Positions 12,218 to 24,899 are shown, counted from the first letter of the whole stretch. The stretch is 63,423 nucleotides of DNA, filler included, from Octopus bimaculoides (GCF_001194135.2; 4 parts of 4 records of this genome joined end to end with filler, not necessarily neighbours in it); one strand, 5' to 3'. The notes: a model not told the origin generated them from the letters alone. Translations and numbers: made by a program.

Positions 12218-12532
12218 TGGCACTCTGTCGATAATGAGTTTTTTAATTGATCCTATCAATGGAAAAGCCTGCTCGTGAAAATGACGTGCAAGTGGCTGTG
12301 CACTCCACAGACACGCGTACCATTAACGTAGTTCCCAGAGACATTCAGCGTCATACAGTATGTGACGATGTTGGTCTTTTGGAATTCAGGTACAACTTAG
12401 TTTTGCAAGTTGAGTGGATGGGAGAAACGTGAAATAAAGTGACTATCTCAAGGACTAAACGCACGACCTGGAGTCGAACTCACGAACTTACAGTCATGAG
12501 GCGAATTCACTAGCCACTAAGCCACGCGCCTC
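12218..12532 (-). mobile_element. Full-length tRNA-derived SINE with a family-D-like head and a family-C-like 3' half
   Basis: The reverse complement shows a tRNA head, the CORE-like CTTGAGATAGTCACTTTATTTCACG, and then GTACCTG..ACGCTGAAT..GAACTACGTTAA..TGTCTGTGGAGTGC.CAGCCACTTGCACGT..CACGAGCAGGCT..GAGTGCCA, as in 38310-38478. Confidence 0.85.
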
Positions 12533-14609
12533 ACACCTCCATGTTACAATATTGTAGCAATATGTATGGTAAACAGTATATAAATATATTCACATCAATA
12601 TAAAACAGATATGAAACGGTTTAGTATTCTAAGACATGTCCAGTTTGTACCTTTTGTAAACGCTGGTTTGGTTTATATGTGAATTTTGTAATTCATTTCG
12701 AATATGAGTCAATGGCTACACGAAATTCTCTTCTATATACAAAACAGATTGATGACTGTCGCTTAGATCAGAGTGTTTTGAGGGAATGTACTAATAGTTT
12801 ATTTTTAAAATCACGTGTTTAACAACGCACTTATATCTATTGTTGACGCTACGCGTCAACTTAAAGACCCGTTACCACTAAATTTTTCACCATATGTGTA
12901 CGCTTCTTTATCTAAGCACGCACACGTACACACACACATACCTATATACACATACACACACACGCATATATATATGGTGGGATTTTTTTTTCCGAATTGT
13001 CCATGGTATTACAAGGAGAGTAACTTGATCCCCTCTGCTATACCTTGGCAGAAGCAATACGAACCGCCAGGTTCATTTCATTATATTTTCACTGATGGAT
13101 ACCTCACGAAGGAAAGACATGTTGATAAATTTGCAGTACCTATGGAGCCGCAGGGTATGCCGGCCCTTCGTTAAGTATAACAGTACATACCTGATCTAGG
13201 GTTTAATTCCTTGCTCTTTCTCAAACTCACAATAAATTTCTTCGAAAGGCAGCAAAGGTTCATTATTATTATGTACATTATTATGTACATTGTTTCTATA
13301 AAATCAGATTCATTCTCTCGCCCTTCTAACTTCTACTGGTCTGATACAACAAGTCCTACAATTCCAGTGGTTATCAGGATGCAGGATTTGTATGAAGGTA
13401 GTTCTCATAGACGAGCAGAAAAAGTCATGTAGGGCCACAGCTGCCTTCAACTGGAACTGTGCACGACCTGCATCCGGACGCTTTTCTGTGGCATGTTATA
13501 TATATACATATATATATATATTTATATATATNNNNNNNNNNNNNNNNNNNNNNNNNNNNNNNNNNNNNNNNNNNNNNNNNNNNNNNNNNNNNNNNNNNNN
13601 NNNNNNNNNNNNNNNNNNNNNNNNNNNNNNNNNNNNNNNNNNNNNNNNNNNNNNNNNNNNNNNNNNNNNNNNNNNNNNNNNNNNNNNNNNNNNNNNNNNN
13701 NNNNNNNNNNNNNNNNNNNNNNNNNNNNNNNNNNNNNNNNNNNNNNNNNNNNNNNNNNNNNNNNNNNNNNNNNNNNNNNNNNNNNNNNNNNNNNNNNNNN
13801 NNNNNNNNNNNNNNNNNNATATATATATATATAAAATATATAAATATATGCATATATATACTACTGCAACTATCACATTACTATTTCCGTAGAAATATCA
13901 TTTCTTCCTTGTTTTCCCAAAATCTAATATAATTCCTCCTCTGACGTTTCTTATTATTTCCCCTTTTACAACGTTTCCCTTCCTCCTCTCCCGTTCAACT
14001 GCGTGGACACTCTCGCTGACTCATAATTTCTATTAGTGTTTTTCCAAATCTTACAAACAAGTCCCGCAAGAAACATAATAATATATGGTATTCACATTTT
14101 TTCTTTTTCATCTTCATCCAATCCTATCCATCTACGTCCACTTTTACATTTATTATATACAAATATATTCGATGAATAATTCATTCTTAACACAGAGTTA
14201 AGTGCGCCTATATACATGCATACATACACACACAACACATATATGTATATACATATACATTATATATACATATATTATACATAGATATATATATACACAT
14301 ATATATATGTGTGTGTGTGTTTGTGTGTGTGTGTGTATGTGTGTGTATATATACTTACACACACACACGTATATATATATAAAATATATAGAAAAAAGCA
14401 CTTGTTCATATACACACGTATATGTTTGTGCGCGTGCACGGATTTTGTGTGTGTGTGTGTGGATTGTATGAATCTTTTAAGGTGTTGATATATTAGGTTT
14501 AATGGTATCATTACCCTGAGATTCTAGCAAAGTGAGAAATTTCAAAAAATACTAATTTATATACATTCTTTATACATCCATTTTCTTTTCTGTCAAAAAC
14601 AGTATACTC

Positions 14610-14614
<5 letters not shown>

Positions 14615-14699
<85 letters not shown>
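14615..14699. repeat. (CT)n microsatellite
   Basis: Read directly. Confidence 0.98.
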
Positions 14700-14705
<6 letters not shown>

Positions 14706-15526
14706 TCCTCTCACTTTTCTTTTTTCTTCACTTTTTTCTCCTCCTCTTCTTACCGCTCTTTCTTTCTATTCCTTCTTTTTCTCTCTCTCTGTATATGTAC
14801 GTGTGTTTTATATATATATATATATATATATGTTACATACACGCACATATATAGATAGATAATGTACATATGTATATGTGCATATATATATGCACATATA
14901 TGTATGCAGTTGTGCATGCGTGTTTGTGTAACTAGATATGCTTGTGGTGTGAGATGTAGCACTGCTCCCGAAAAGTAAACTGAGAATTTGTTGTGCCAAG
15001 AAAACAAAGAAAGCATTAGTCAAGTGTTCCTTGGTTCAATTACTACCATTGCCTTGCTTAATTTCTTTTTCTTTGTCGTAAATTATTTCCGCAAGTATTA
15101 ACATAAGTATATACATACATACATACATACATACATAGCACAGACACATACACATACACACACGCAAACACACATACAATGTATAAAATATGTATAGATC
15201 ATCTAGCGCCGTTGTGTGCTTGGACGGGTCCTATGCATGTAAACCTTCTCCAGCACTTTGTACAAGACCTGCGAGCCCCAGTAGGTTACTGAAACTTCGG
15301 TGACCTTCACTAGACTTCGAATAAATAGTGGAGCATTTTCTCGTTGCCTTTTCCAGGTAGGTGGGATTTGAACTCAGAATTTAGAGAGCCGGAATGTATA
15401 ACGTAAAGCATTTCCTTAGTATTTCACTTAAGAACATAAAGCGCTGCATGATCCGGGAATCGAAAGCACGATCTAGATATCGTGAATTCAATGCGCTAAT
15501 CGCTAGATTACGCGCCTTCACACAAC

Positions 15527-15563
<37 letters not shown>

Positions 15564-15576
15564 ACACATACACACA

Positions 15577-15616
<40 letters not shown>

Positions 15617-15699
15617 ACCACGCACACACATATATACAAATATATATGTATATATGGAGTAAGTGGAACAAGAGCACACACGGAATGTGTTTCTGAAGA

Positions 15700-15833
<134 letters not shown>

Positions 15834-15916
15834 GTACTAGCTCACACACTGGGCCTTTCCCAGGCTCAATGCAGCTGGAAGTGACTGACGGTAGAGTCGT
15901 AATGTAATTCTTTTAA

Positions 15917-15941
15917 GTTACCATGAGGTTTCTAGGGAAAC
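15917..15941. promoter_or_regulatory. RFX X-box-like palindrome GTTTCTAGGGAAAC (15928-15941), preceded by the half-site GTTACCATG
   Basis: Matches the RFX consensus GTTNCYATRGNAAC with one mismatch and lies in non-repeat sequence. Motif evidence only. Confidence 0.3.
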
Positions 15942-16939
15942 AATGGGTAAAGTGACCACCTAATAACCTTCATAACTTTATTTATTTTTTGTTAATTTTT
16001 TTCTCTCAGCTTTTCAGAATGTTTCTTTAGATCAATGTTTTAAAGAACAGGCAATCAATTTGCAAACATTCAATTGTAAACTAAAATATTTTAAAATAGA
16101 ATATTTTTAATCCCGCTTGTCTCTTTAACACCAACTTCGAATATTAAACCGAACATCTAACCCTGAATTGTAAACTCTATTCTCTAACATTAACCTCTAA
16201 AAGTTAATCGTACTTTAAAATACTAATCCATGTCCCTAACCTAAACTGTGCTCCTATTTTTTATCATTATAGAATCACAATATCCTCGGTTGAAAACAGA
16301 ATATATACATACATTCATACACGTATATATANNNNNNNNNNNNNNNNNNNNNNNNNNNNNNNNNNNNNNNNNNNNNNNNNNNNNNNNNNNNNNNNNNNNN
16401 NNNNNNNNNNNNNNNNNNNNNNNNNNNNNNNNNNNNNNNNNNNNNNNNNNNNNNNNNNNNNNNNNNNNNNNNNNNNNNNNNNNNNNNNNNNNNNNNNNNN
16501 NNNNNNNNNNNNNNNNNNNNNNNNNNNNNNNNNNNNNNNNNNNNNNNNNNNNNNNNNNNNNNNNNNNNNNNNNNNNNNNNNNNNNNNNNNNNNNNNNNNN
16601 NNNNNNNNNNNNNNNNNNNNNNNNNNNNNNNNNNNNNNNNNNNNNNNNNNNNNNNNNNNNNNNNNNNNNNNNNNNNNNNNNNNNNNNNNNNNNNNNNNNN
16701 NNNNNNNNNNNNNNNNNNNNNNNNNNNNNNNNNNNNNNNNNNNNNNNNNNNNNNNNNNNNNNNNNNNNNNNNNNNNNNNNNNNNNNNNNNNNNNNNNNNN
16801 NNNNNNNNNATATATACGACTCGGTTCGTGCACACACACGAATGTAATTCAAATATATATAAATATATATATGTGTAGATCTACGTACGATTAGCAGCAC
16901 CGTTCTGTATGACACGTTTTGTGTTGTTTATGTAGATCC

Positions 16940-17160
16940 TGGTGGCCAATAAAGACATGATTGCCAATATGCCTTACGGATTTGTTCCGGCCGCTTATTC
17001 CGAACTCAAATTTCTCCGAAGTCAACTTCCCTTCTCATCCTTCTGGAAGCGATAAAACAAAATACCAGTTGTGTACTGAGGTCAGTTTTATCGGCTCTGC
17101 CACCCGTCTCAAAATGTGTGGCCTTGTATCTTGTGTTAGAAGCGATAATTATTATTAATG
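16940..17160 (+). mobile_element. Decayed SINE family A copy with an ATT-type tail
   Basis: GAACTCAAATTTCTCCGAAGTCAACTTCCCTTCTCATCCTTCTGGAAGCGATAAA...GGCCTTGTATC...GATAATTATTATT. Confidence 0.7.
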
Positions 17161-18353
17161 TTATTATATCTGGACGGAGTCTAACATCACTTAAGTAGAG
17201 AATGAAGTAAAAGTGAAGACAAATTACAAGAAATAACAGGGAACAAGAAAAGAGAGAGAAAGAGAGAGAGAAAGAGAGAAAGAGAAAGTGAGAGAGAGAA
17301 AGAGAGAGCAGAAAGAATGTGCACTCCAAAAGGGCGGAAGAGCTAAAAGAAGGAAAATTCCAAGTAGCGAGACATAAGAATGAGTTGAATCGATCAAAAT
17401 GGAAGAACGCTCCGTTTTCAATTGCTGTCAAAATATGAATAGTAGTAGTAGTAGTAGTAGTAGGTGTTTGGGTGGTGGGTGATAATTTTAGAAGGGACGA
17501 TGGAGGGGAATTAATAGTTGTAGACGGTAAGAAAGAAAGAAAGAAAGAAAGAAAGAAGCTAGAAAGTAAGGTTAAATGTCTGAAAACCATTTTGTGTGGG
17601 GTTCCTGTCTAAAGAGGTTTTTGAAGGGTTAATGAATCACGAGTGAAAGACGTACAAAGCAACAATTGGCATTGACCCCCTTTTACTTAAAAGGGTCTCT
17701 CGGGCAACAACAACAACAACGACGACGAAGACAACAGCATCAACACCAAGAGAAAATCGAAAATCAAACCGATTCTGAACTATTTCTAGTAAAAATCGGA
17801 ACAAAGCCAAATTTCCGAAAGTAAACAAGGGGCATTGACTGTTCAGGGACATAACCCTTCATTATTGTTTGCCACCGTAAAATAATTCTTTCTTCTCAAT
17901 GTGTCTTTCCTTCTCGCTGAACTATATCACTCAACCGATATTTTACCGCGCCACAAAGCCTGTTACAAACACCGCGCCCTCTAAGAAACCAATGAACAAA
18001 AATAGCTAAGAACAATGACAGCGAGGGAGTCTTTATGCTTTGCTCGGTCTGCAAAACATAGCAGGCAAATGGCCTGAAATCACCCACTGCCGTCTTAATA
18101 AACTGAGATATCTTTTGTAATGTAGTTCCTGGTATATAAAAAAGAAAAGATGAGATGGTCATGCCGGGAATGTCTTTGATCATAAGTCTGTTTAATGAGG
18201 GTGAAACATACATATATACATACATACATACATACATGTGTGTGCACGTGTATATATGAATGTATGTATGTATATCTATATATATGTAATATATATCTGT
18301 GTGTTTGTGTATCTATATGTGAATGTGTGTGTGTGTGTGTGTGTGTGTATATT

Positions 18354-18678
18354 CTTTTATGCCTTTATTTGTTTCAGTCAGTTGACTGCAGCCATGCTGG
18401 AGCACCACCTTAAAGGGGTATTGATTCGAAGAAGTCGAATCCAAGACTTATTCTCTTTAAGCTTAGTACTTATTCTATCGATTATTTTTGTCGAATTGCT
18501 AAGTTACTGGGACGTAAACACACCAACATCGGTTGTCAAGCGATAGTGCTGGAGACAGACAAAGACACAAATCCACTCACAAGGCTTTAGTTGACCCGAG
18601 GCTGTAGTAGATGACACTTACCGAAGGTGCCACGCATTGCGACTGAGCCCGGAACCATGTGGCTGGTAAGCCTGCACC

Positions 18679-18679
<1 letters not shown>
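18354..18679 (-). mobile_element. SINE family B, near full length with internal deletions
   Basis: The reverse complement has a tRNA-like head (CACATGGTTCCGGGCTCAGTCGC), the CORE-like GGCACCTTCGGTAAGTGTC and the 3' GCTCCAGCATGGCTGCAGTCAACTGACTGAAACAAATAAA. Confidence 0.85.
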
Positions 18680-18724
<45 letters not shown>

Positions 18725-18726
<2 letters not shown>

Positions 18727-19561
18727 AGGAGGTACCCAAAAGTATCCGGAAAATTTGTCTGTGGGACAAACCCTTTGTAGTTCAGGCTTCCGCCGCTAAA
18801 AGCCGCTTGATGCGTTCGAGATCGTACTGTCACGTGATGCGTATTAGTTCTGCAGTGTTTCTGCCTTGTTCGTCGATTTTTGCGATAGCTGAAACGAAAG
18901 AACGGCGTGCCACTGTGAAATTCTGTTTTCTGCTGGCTAAAACGGTGGCCGAAACAGTTGCCATGCTTCAGACAGCTTACAAAGACACTGCCATGAATGA
19001 GTAAAACACAAATTTACAAGTGGTTTTCACGCTTTAGGAGTGTTCACTTGTCGCTTGAAGACCAACCTCGTTCAAGGCGACCGCTGATCTCCCGAACGAA
19101 TGAAAACATCATGAAAATTCATGAATTGATTTTTTGAGGACTGTACCGTCACCGAACAAATGGCGAACTTGTTGATATGAGTGGTGTGTCCTGGAGCGCC
19201 TGCCAACGAATTTTGAGCGAGGAATTGTGAATGAAAAGAGTTGCATCAAAGTTTGTGCCTCTCTTGCTCACAGAAGATCAAAAGCAGTCACGACTGAATG
19301 CGCGTCGTGAACTTAAAGAACCGATCCGGACCATTTTTTCGAAGGTCATCACCGATGACGAAAGCTGCTATATGGAATTTACAGATGTGGAAGAGGTGAG
19401 GAAAAAAATCGACGGAGGATTGCTTTGAATAGCGGAACATGCGTCTAGACCGATGTATCGCTTCGAATGGAGAAAACTTTGAAGGCGATAAGACTGTAAA
19501 CATGTAAACCAAGTGAGTGAAATAGTATTGAAAAATTGCAGTTTCTTTTGGGCACCCCTCG
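18725..19561 (+). mobile_element. Internally deleted mariner (Tc1/mariner, DD34D type), pseudogenised transposase
   Basis: TIRs CGAGGAGGTACCCAAAAG and the reverse complement of CTTTTGGGCACCCCTCG, with TA on the right. Translations: KERRATVKFCFLLAKTVAETVAMLQTAY (HTH), MKRVASKFVPLLLTEDQK, KVITDDESC, then a jump to the C-terminal RLDRCIASNGENFEG. Confidence 0.92.
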
Positions 19562-19571
19562 TATATATTTC

Positions 19572-19615
<44 letters not shown>

Positions 19616-19697
19616 AAATGACTCATTACATAACCTAAACCTCCACACTGACTCATTTCACAAGCTCCACATAACAAAACAACGGCTATCTAGTCCA

Positions 19698-19797
19698 NNN
19701 NNNNNNNNNNNNNNNNNNNNNNNNNNNNNNNNNNNNNNNNNTTAATTAATTAANNNNNNNNNNNNNNNNNNNNNNNNNNNNNNNNNNNNNNNNNNNN
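19698..19797. other. Artificial scaffold-join marker: 44 N + TTAATTAATTAA + 44 N (also at 35941-36040 and 60752-60851)
   Basis: The identical 100-bp pattern occurs three times. The palindromic 12-mer puts a stop codon in all six frames. Confidence 0.95.
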
Positions 19798-20399
19798 CTG
19801 TAAAATGGTTGGCATTAGGAACAGAAATCAACATTAGGAACAGAATCTCCCTACTGCGTCAGGGTAGAGAGATTTCAGTGTATTGTATGTGTTCTGTGTT
19901 ATGTGTATGATTTTAATACGTGGGTAAGTCTTTGTTTTGTTATCATTTACAAATCGTAATGGCACACTCATGTATATTCAGAATCGGCTAAAATGATCGT
20001 TCAGAGCAGCACAGAATAAAAAGTAGAACATCATCAATTTCGCATTTACTTCGTAATTTAATTATGTCCAACTGCTGTTTCATATGCGTCAACGCATCAT
20101 TATTTATATAATTACGTAATTGGAATATATTATTAATTAACTGAACAGTCCCGTTTACTCAAATCTCTGGGTGAATATTACTTTTAAAGCAATTATGTGT
20201 CTTAATTATGTAATTATATAAATAACAAAGTTTTATGCTAATGAACAGCCCAATTAATTACGAACTCTACATGAAGTCTATGTTTTTCCACATTTTATTC
20301 TCTCTCTCTTATCCTCTCTTTCTCTCTCCTTTACTATCTGCACACACACACACACACACATACACACACACACACACACACACANNNNNNNNNNACACA

Positions 20400-20438
<39 letters not shown>

Positions 20439-21080
20439 ACACACACACACACACATACACACACACATTATATACATACATGTCTACTAATGTTAGAAGA
20501 ACGAGCCATGGTGGTGAATGAATTGGAGTGGTCAGTAGCAAGTATTTGAACAAGGACAAATAAAGGCATATTAAACGACGTACAAGATAAATGCTTTGAT
20601 TAACTGAAGCTATTTCTGCCTCCAGAGCTTGGTGGTAATTGCTATCAGCTTCTAACAGGAAGCAGAGTTCCTCAAAAATCAAGTGTGAGTGTGTGTGTGT
20701 GTGAGTCACAGCTAGCGGTTTCTTTATTCAGTAAACTTTTACTTTTTGAAGATAATTTGAGTAGTCAGTGAGAAACTTGACTGCTATTTCAAGCAAGCTT
20801 AATGACCATACTGAGAGTTTCTCGTTAGTTCTATGTTTCCATGATATCTTGTTTAGTTGTAGGTATGCTCTGATGTTGCAGGTCTATGCTCAAAGGAAAT
20901 TGAAGCATGGTCATCCTGATATTTCAGTATTGCATGCTTTTAAAATGGATTGCCTGTTATTTCTAGCAGACCAACTGACCATGCGGAGACTAAGTCATTC
21001 GCTGCTGTATCGCTGTGCGTTTGTGTGAATGTGACCGAATAACATATTTTACAAGAGAAGAAATCCAATGCCAGCTCCTT

Positions 21081-21162
21081 AATTCTTATATATGCCATGT
21101 GTTGTTAAAGAGATTAAACGGAGAATTTGAATCTTTAACAACTACCGTCATATATAAGAATT
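21081..21162. other. Imperfect 82-nt inverted repeat (fold-back)
   Basis: AATTCTTATATATG (21081-21094) pairs with CATATATAAGAATT (21149-21162), and GTTGTTAAAGA pairs with TCTTTAACAAC. Confidence 0.85.
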
Positions 21163-21589
21163 CCTCAAATTCTCCAAAACTATGGAATCCTTAGCAGTCT
21201 TCAAAAATGTTAGGTCATGTGGAAGGAGTTGAACAGTTAGAAAGAGACTCTGATAAAATAATAGTAAGGAAATACAACTTCAGTGGAAATAAAACACTTA
21301 ACGTTTCAGTTTGTGGGTGGTTTGCGTTATCACATTACTGACAGCATAACACCTGAGGTCAAAAATATCATGTTACAGTATGGAAAGTTACTAACAGAAC
21401 ATGTCTCGTTAATTGCAACACGTTACAGCAGTAAATTCTTGTAACATTTCAAGGTACCAATAATATATGTATGCGTGCGCATATACGTTTTTTTAAATAA
21501 ATATATACATACAAGCGTATAAGTATGTATGTGTATGTTTGTGTGTGAGTGTATGTGCGTGTTTCAGTTTCGTCACCACCACCACCACC

Positions 21590-22260
21590 ATAATCATCAT
21601 TTTGCATCCTGACTTCGGTGCTTGAGTTCCATTTAGTACAGCTCAGGAGGCCAAATTTCAAGTTCTTCCCAACTTTTCTTTGGTCTTTGTCTTCTGCGAA
21701 TTCCATCTACTTAGATTACTGGTCTCATCTTTATCCAACTATCATTCTCTAAATGCGTCACGTTTATGTCGGCTCATTCGATATTTTGTATTCTATCCTG
21801 ATTCCTCGTGATCAACTTTCTCGCACTTCAGGAAATATACGCCTCGTCTCTTTCCAGTCTTCATATATCCTTGATATTCAATGCCAAAATTATACAACTA
21901 TGAAACAGTGCACTTCTTGCACATGCATCATAGAGCCTACGCTTCAGTCAAAGAAAGAAACCTTTCGTTTCTAATAAAGTTACTAACTTTCTGAATCTTT
22001 TCCACGCTTCTCTAACTCCATCCTCCATGGATAATTAATTCACCAAGATAGTCAAAAGTAACTATTTACAGAGACCACTACACAGTACTCTAACTATAAA
22101 CTAAGGCTTCCGGATACCGAATTCCTGAAATTATATTCCAGTTTCTGAAAAATACATAATACCTAATTATCATTTACAGGGCCATATTAAAGTTCTCTCA
22201 TGGTTCAACACGCGTTTTGTTTTTGTTTTTTGCATCAATTAAAGAATGTCCATAAAAACT
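21590..22260 (-). mobile_element. RTE-clade LINE relic: post-RT C-terminal region and 3' end
   Basis: Reverse translation gives WPC, VNS.F.YLG, VREAWKRFRKLVTLLETKGFFL*LKRRLYDACARSALFH and RLERDEA, ending in a GAT-type tail. This is the typical RTE C-terminal order. Confidence 0.8.
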
Positions 22261-22299
22261 TTGTCTCAGAAGGTATCATATTTGTATAGTCGAACCGTT

Positions 22300-23125
22300 T
22301 TCGGAAAGAATCGATAAACAGAAAATAAACTTATTGAAAGAAAAGCAGAGTGAAATTATAGAAATAATATCCATATTAATTGCTACAGACAGAATTTCCT
22401 CCAATACAATAGTAAAAAATACTTTTATAAGGTAAGTTATTACAGATAACAGTTTGGTTTTAATAAAGAATGGATCTCACTTAACGCAGATGATTCTATG
22501 CCAATATGATTGTTAAAAGAACAGTAATTGGCAGAACATCTAAAAGACAATACTATGTAAATGTGGGATCATATAAATGTATACTTAGGTAGCAAATTCT
22601 GGAATTTAGGAACTGACAGAATAATATGTTGAACGTTGAGAAACAAAGCTTTCTGGATTTAATCTTGATTTGAAAAGAAATATAGTTGCTGTCTTAACTG
22701 ATCGAGTGTCATTAATAAATTTGCTTGATTGTGAACGATTGAACTATACATGAATTTTACCTATCTGTTTGTGATGTTCTTTATGAGAAAATTGTGAAGC
22801 TAAATTTACTAAAGTTTCTTGGAAAGACAAGTTTGAAGGAATCTTTAGGATGGTAATCAAAATTTATATTCTGCTATTACAAATGCAGATGTCGATCTGC
22901 AGCAAACTAAACTTAATGAAATTACTAGTTTCAAAAGTTCCTTATTCTGAAGAAAATTAAAACATCTGTATACTTACTAAGAAATTAGATCAATTATTAG
23001 TTCGTTTCATAAACCTCCAAGAGGGAATGAAGAATTACAATCAATCAATGATGCTCAGACACATTGGAATAATTTATTTGCAATTTTAGAACGTTCTATT
23101 TTTTAAAGTTCTATTGCAAGAGTTA

Positions 23126-23165
<40 letters not shown>

Positions 23166-23800
23166 TATCGAATTTATGCTATTCATATTGTTTAATAACA
23201 TTAAAACCAGTAAAAATTTGGAGTAAAAAATACACTTGGTGGAAGTGATGCGACCGTAAGCTCTACAGAAAGCATAATTCGTTGTTTTTTTTATTCTAGT
23301 CTCTTACACTGAGAAAGTGTCTTACAAAAACTATCGAACAACAAAGGAACGACCAATCTGATTACATTGCTAATGTATTTATATTTACTTTTAATTTTGG
23401 TTGGACTAGACGCATTTCTAATTTAGCCATTAGAAACATTACCGCAAAACATCACAAAGAAACTGTGAAAGTATGGTCATTACTTTGTCAGAAGAATCCT
23501 CTACTTCCGGATTCAAACCCACTATAACTGGAGAACCCAACCCCCATCAAAATAAACGAAATGCTGTCGTTAACAAAACTGTTAAAAATAAGTGGGCGTT
23601 CAATCATCTTATAATGGAAACGAAAAACATTGTTGAAAGAAATGTCTGAAATGATTGAATATAACTTGTAGCTTGCACGAACTGTTCCTTACTTCAGGAC
23701 TATTCTAATCTCCATCGATGCAAAGAGACCGTTTAAAATATGGCCTTTAAAATAATATTGTGATCAAGTTTGAGCTGGAACATCAATACGTAATATTTTT
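22300..23800 (+). mobile_element. Decayed hAT transposase (hATm-like), interrupted by (TA)n at ~23128-23163
   Basis: Motifs INVYLGSKFWNLGTDRI (22573-), IVAVLTD, LSVCDVLYEK, NDAQTHWNNLFAILER (23047-; TRWNS-like), GSDATVSSTE and the C-terminal ELFLTSGLF..RDRL (ER.FS.SG-like dimerisation domain). Boundaries are approximate and TIRs were not identified. Confidence 0.7.
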
Positions 23801-23869
23801 AATTTCCAGAAAATTTTTATCGTTTTTTTTTTCTTCTTTCATGAATTGTTTTGTATAAAGAACACATGT

Positions 23870-24560
23870 TTTCAATAGCTATCTATTATGCTTGTAACAT
23901 CAATAACCCTTTTGGCCTTATAACTGCCAGTTTCGATTGCTGGTTATTCTGTTGGTTCTACTTGGGGGTAATCCTCTCTTTCACGCATTACCTTCAAACA
24001 GAATCTCTGTATAATAGGATTTCATACTTCCCTTTTCTCGGCGTTAGTAAAGTTGTGTGTACCACCTTCATTACGGTCTCACTTTTCACCGATTATATTC
24101 TGATTCATACTGACATACTGGTATGTAATTTAGAATATTTTGTATCTCTAATTCTTAAACTGCAGAACATCAGCATCAGCAAGCCTCTTACTTTCAGCTT
24201 CACTCTTCAATAAGTAAACCTGATGAATAGCTTGTTTTTTGCCTACCTGATATTGTTCCTTGCTCCTATCTTTCTTTTATTCTTTCCAGACTTGTCTTTA
24301 GCTTTTATGGCTCTATCCATAGCATTTCACCACCATGTCATTTTCTGATTTCGGGCATCTTACACACTATCACAGATCTGGTCTGTGATTCGCAGCAGTT
24401 GTTGTAGACACTGTATTTTGTTGGCTTTCGTCTCCCCTTTCTTGACGTATGCATAATTTATTTCACTTGTTTAAATTTAAACCTACGTTATGGCTGAGAA
24501 CTTTTTCAGCGTCCATAACTTCTTTATCCAGATTGTCTTATGTCTTTGGGTTTATTTAGC
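23870..24560 (-). mobile_element. RTE-clade LINE relic: linker between endonuclease and RT
   Basis: Reverse translation gives LLRITDQIC, MTWW*NAMDRAIKAK, SKEQYQVGKKQAIHQVYL, EAESK, NQNIIGEK*DRNEGG and ILFEGNA*, matching the RTE TWWWN...GEKC.RND.G region. Confidence 0.75.
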
Positions 24561-24899
24561 TTTTTATTTCGATGTCACTTATTACTATTAAGTGATACAT
24601 TCACAACCATGTCTGTACTCGTTTCTTGGTTTGATATTTTCACCGGTTATTCTTTAAGTTGGTTTGTTTGAGGGAAGGGCTGTATTACGCAGGCTCTTCG
24701 AAATTAGTGAGATTGACGCTGTTTATGTTTTTCTTGGATATTTGCAAGATGAACATTGTCAGAAACAATGGGCAAGGGGACAATTGCAGAGTGTCAGTGA
24801 TCTGTGGAAAATGGGTCGCGTTTTTTGGCCAGTGTGAGAGCTGGACTGGTGGACACAATTTAAGAGTGACAAATGAGCGAATCGGGAGTGCCTAAGTGC

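Noticed and set aside
16140-16245. Scattered CTAACC-like motifs suggesting interstitial telomeric repeat
   Set aside because: Too degenerate and not periodic.
19742-19753. Palindromic TTAATTAATTAA islands inside gaps (also 35985-35996 and 60796-60807)
   Set aside because: Always exactly 44 N + 12 bp + 44 N with stops in six frames. This is an assembly or scaffolding linker, not biology, and adjacency across these joins is not guaranteed.
20760-21000. Minus-strand peptide LQLNKISWKHRTNEKL resembling an RTE motif
   Set aside because: The region is better explained by two copies of the family F module (GCTATTTC(T/A)AGCA..GACCA), so the resemblance is probably chance.
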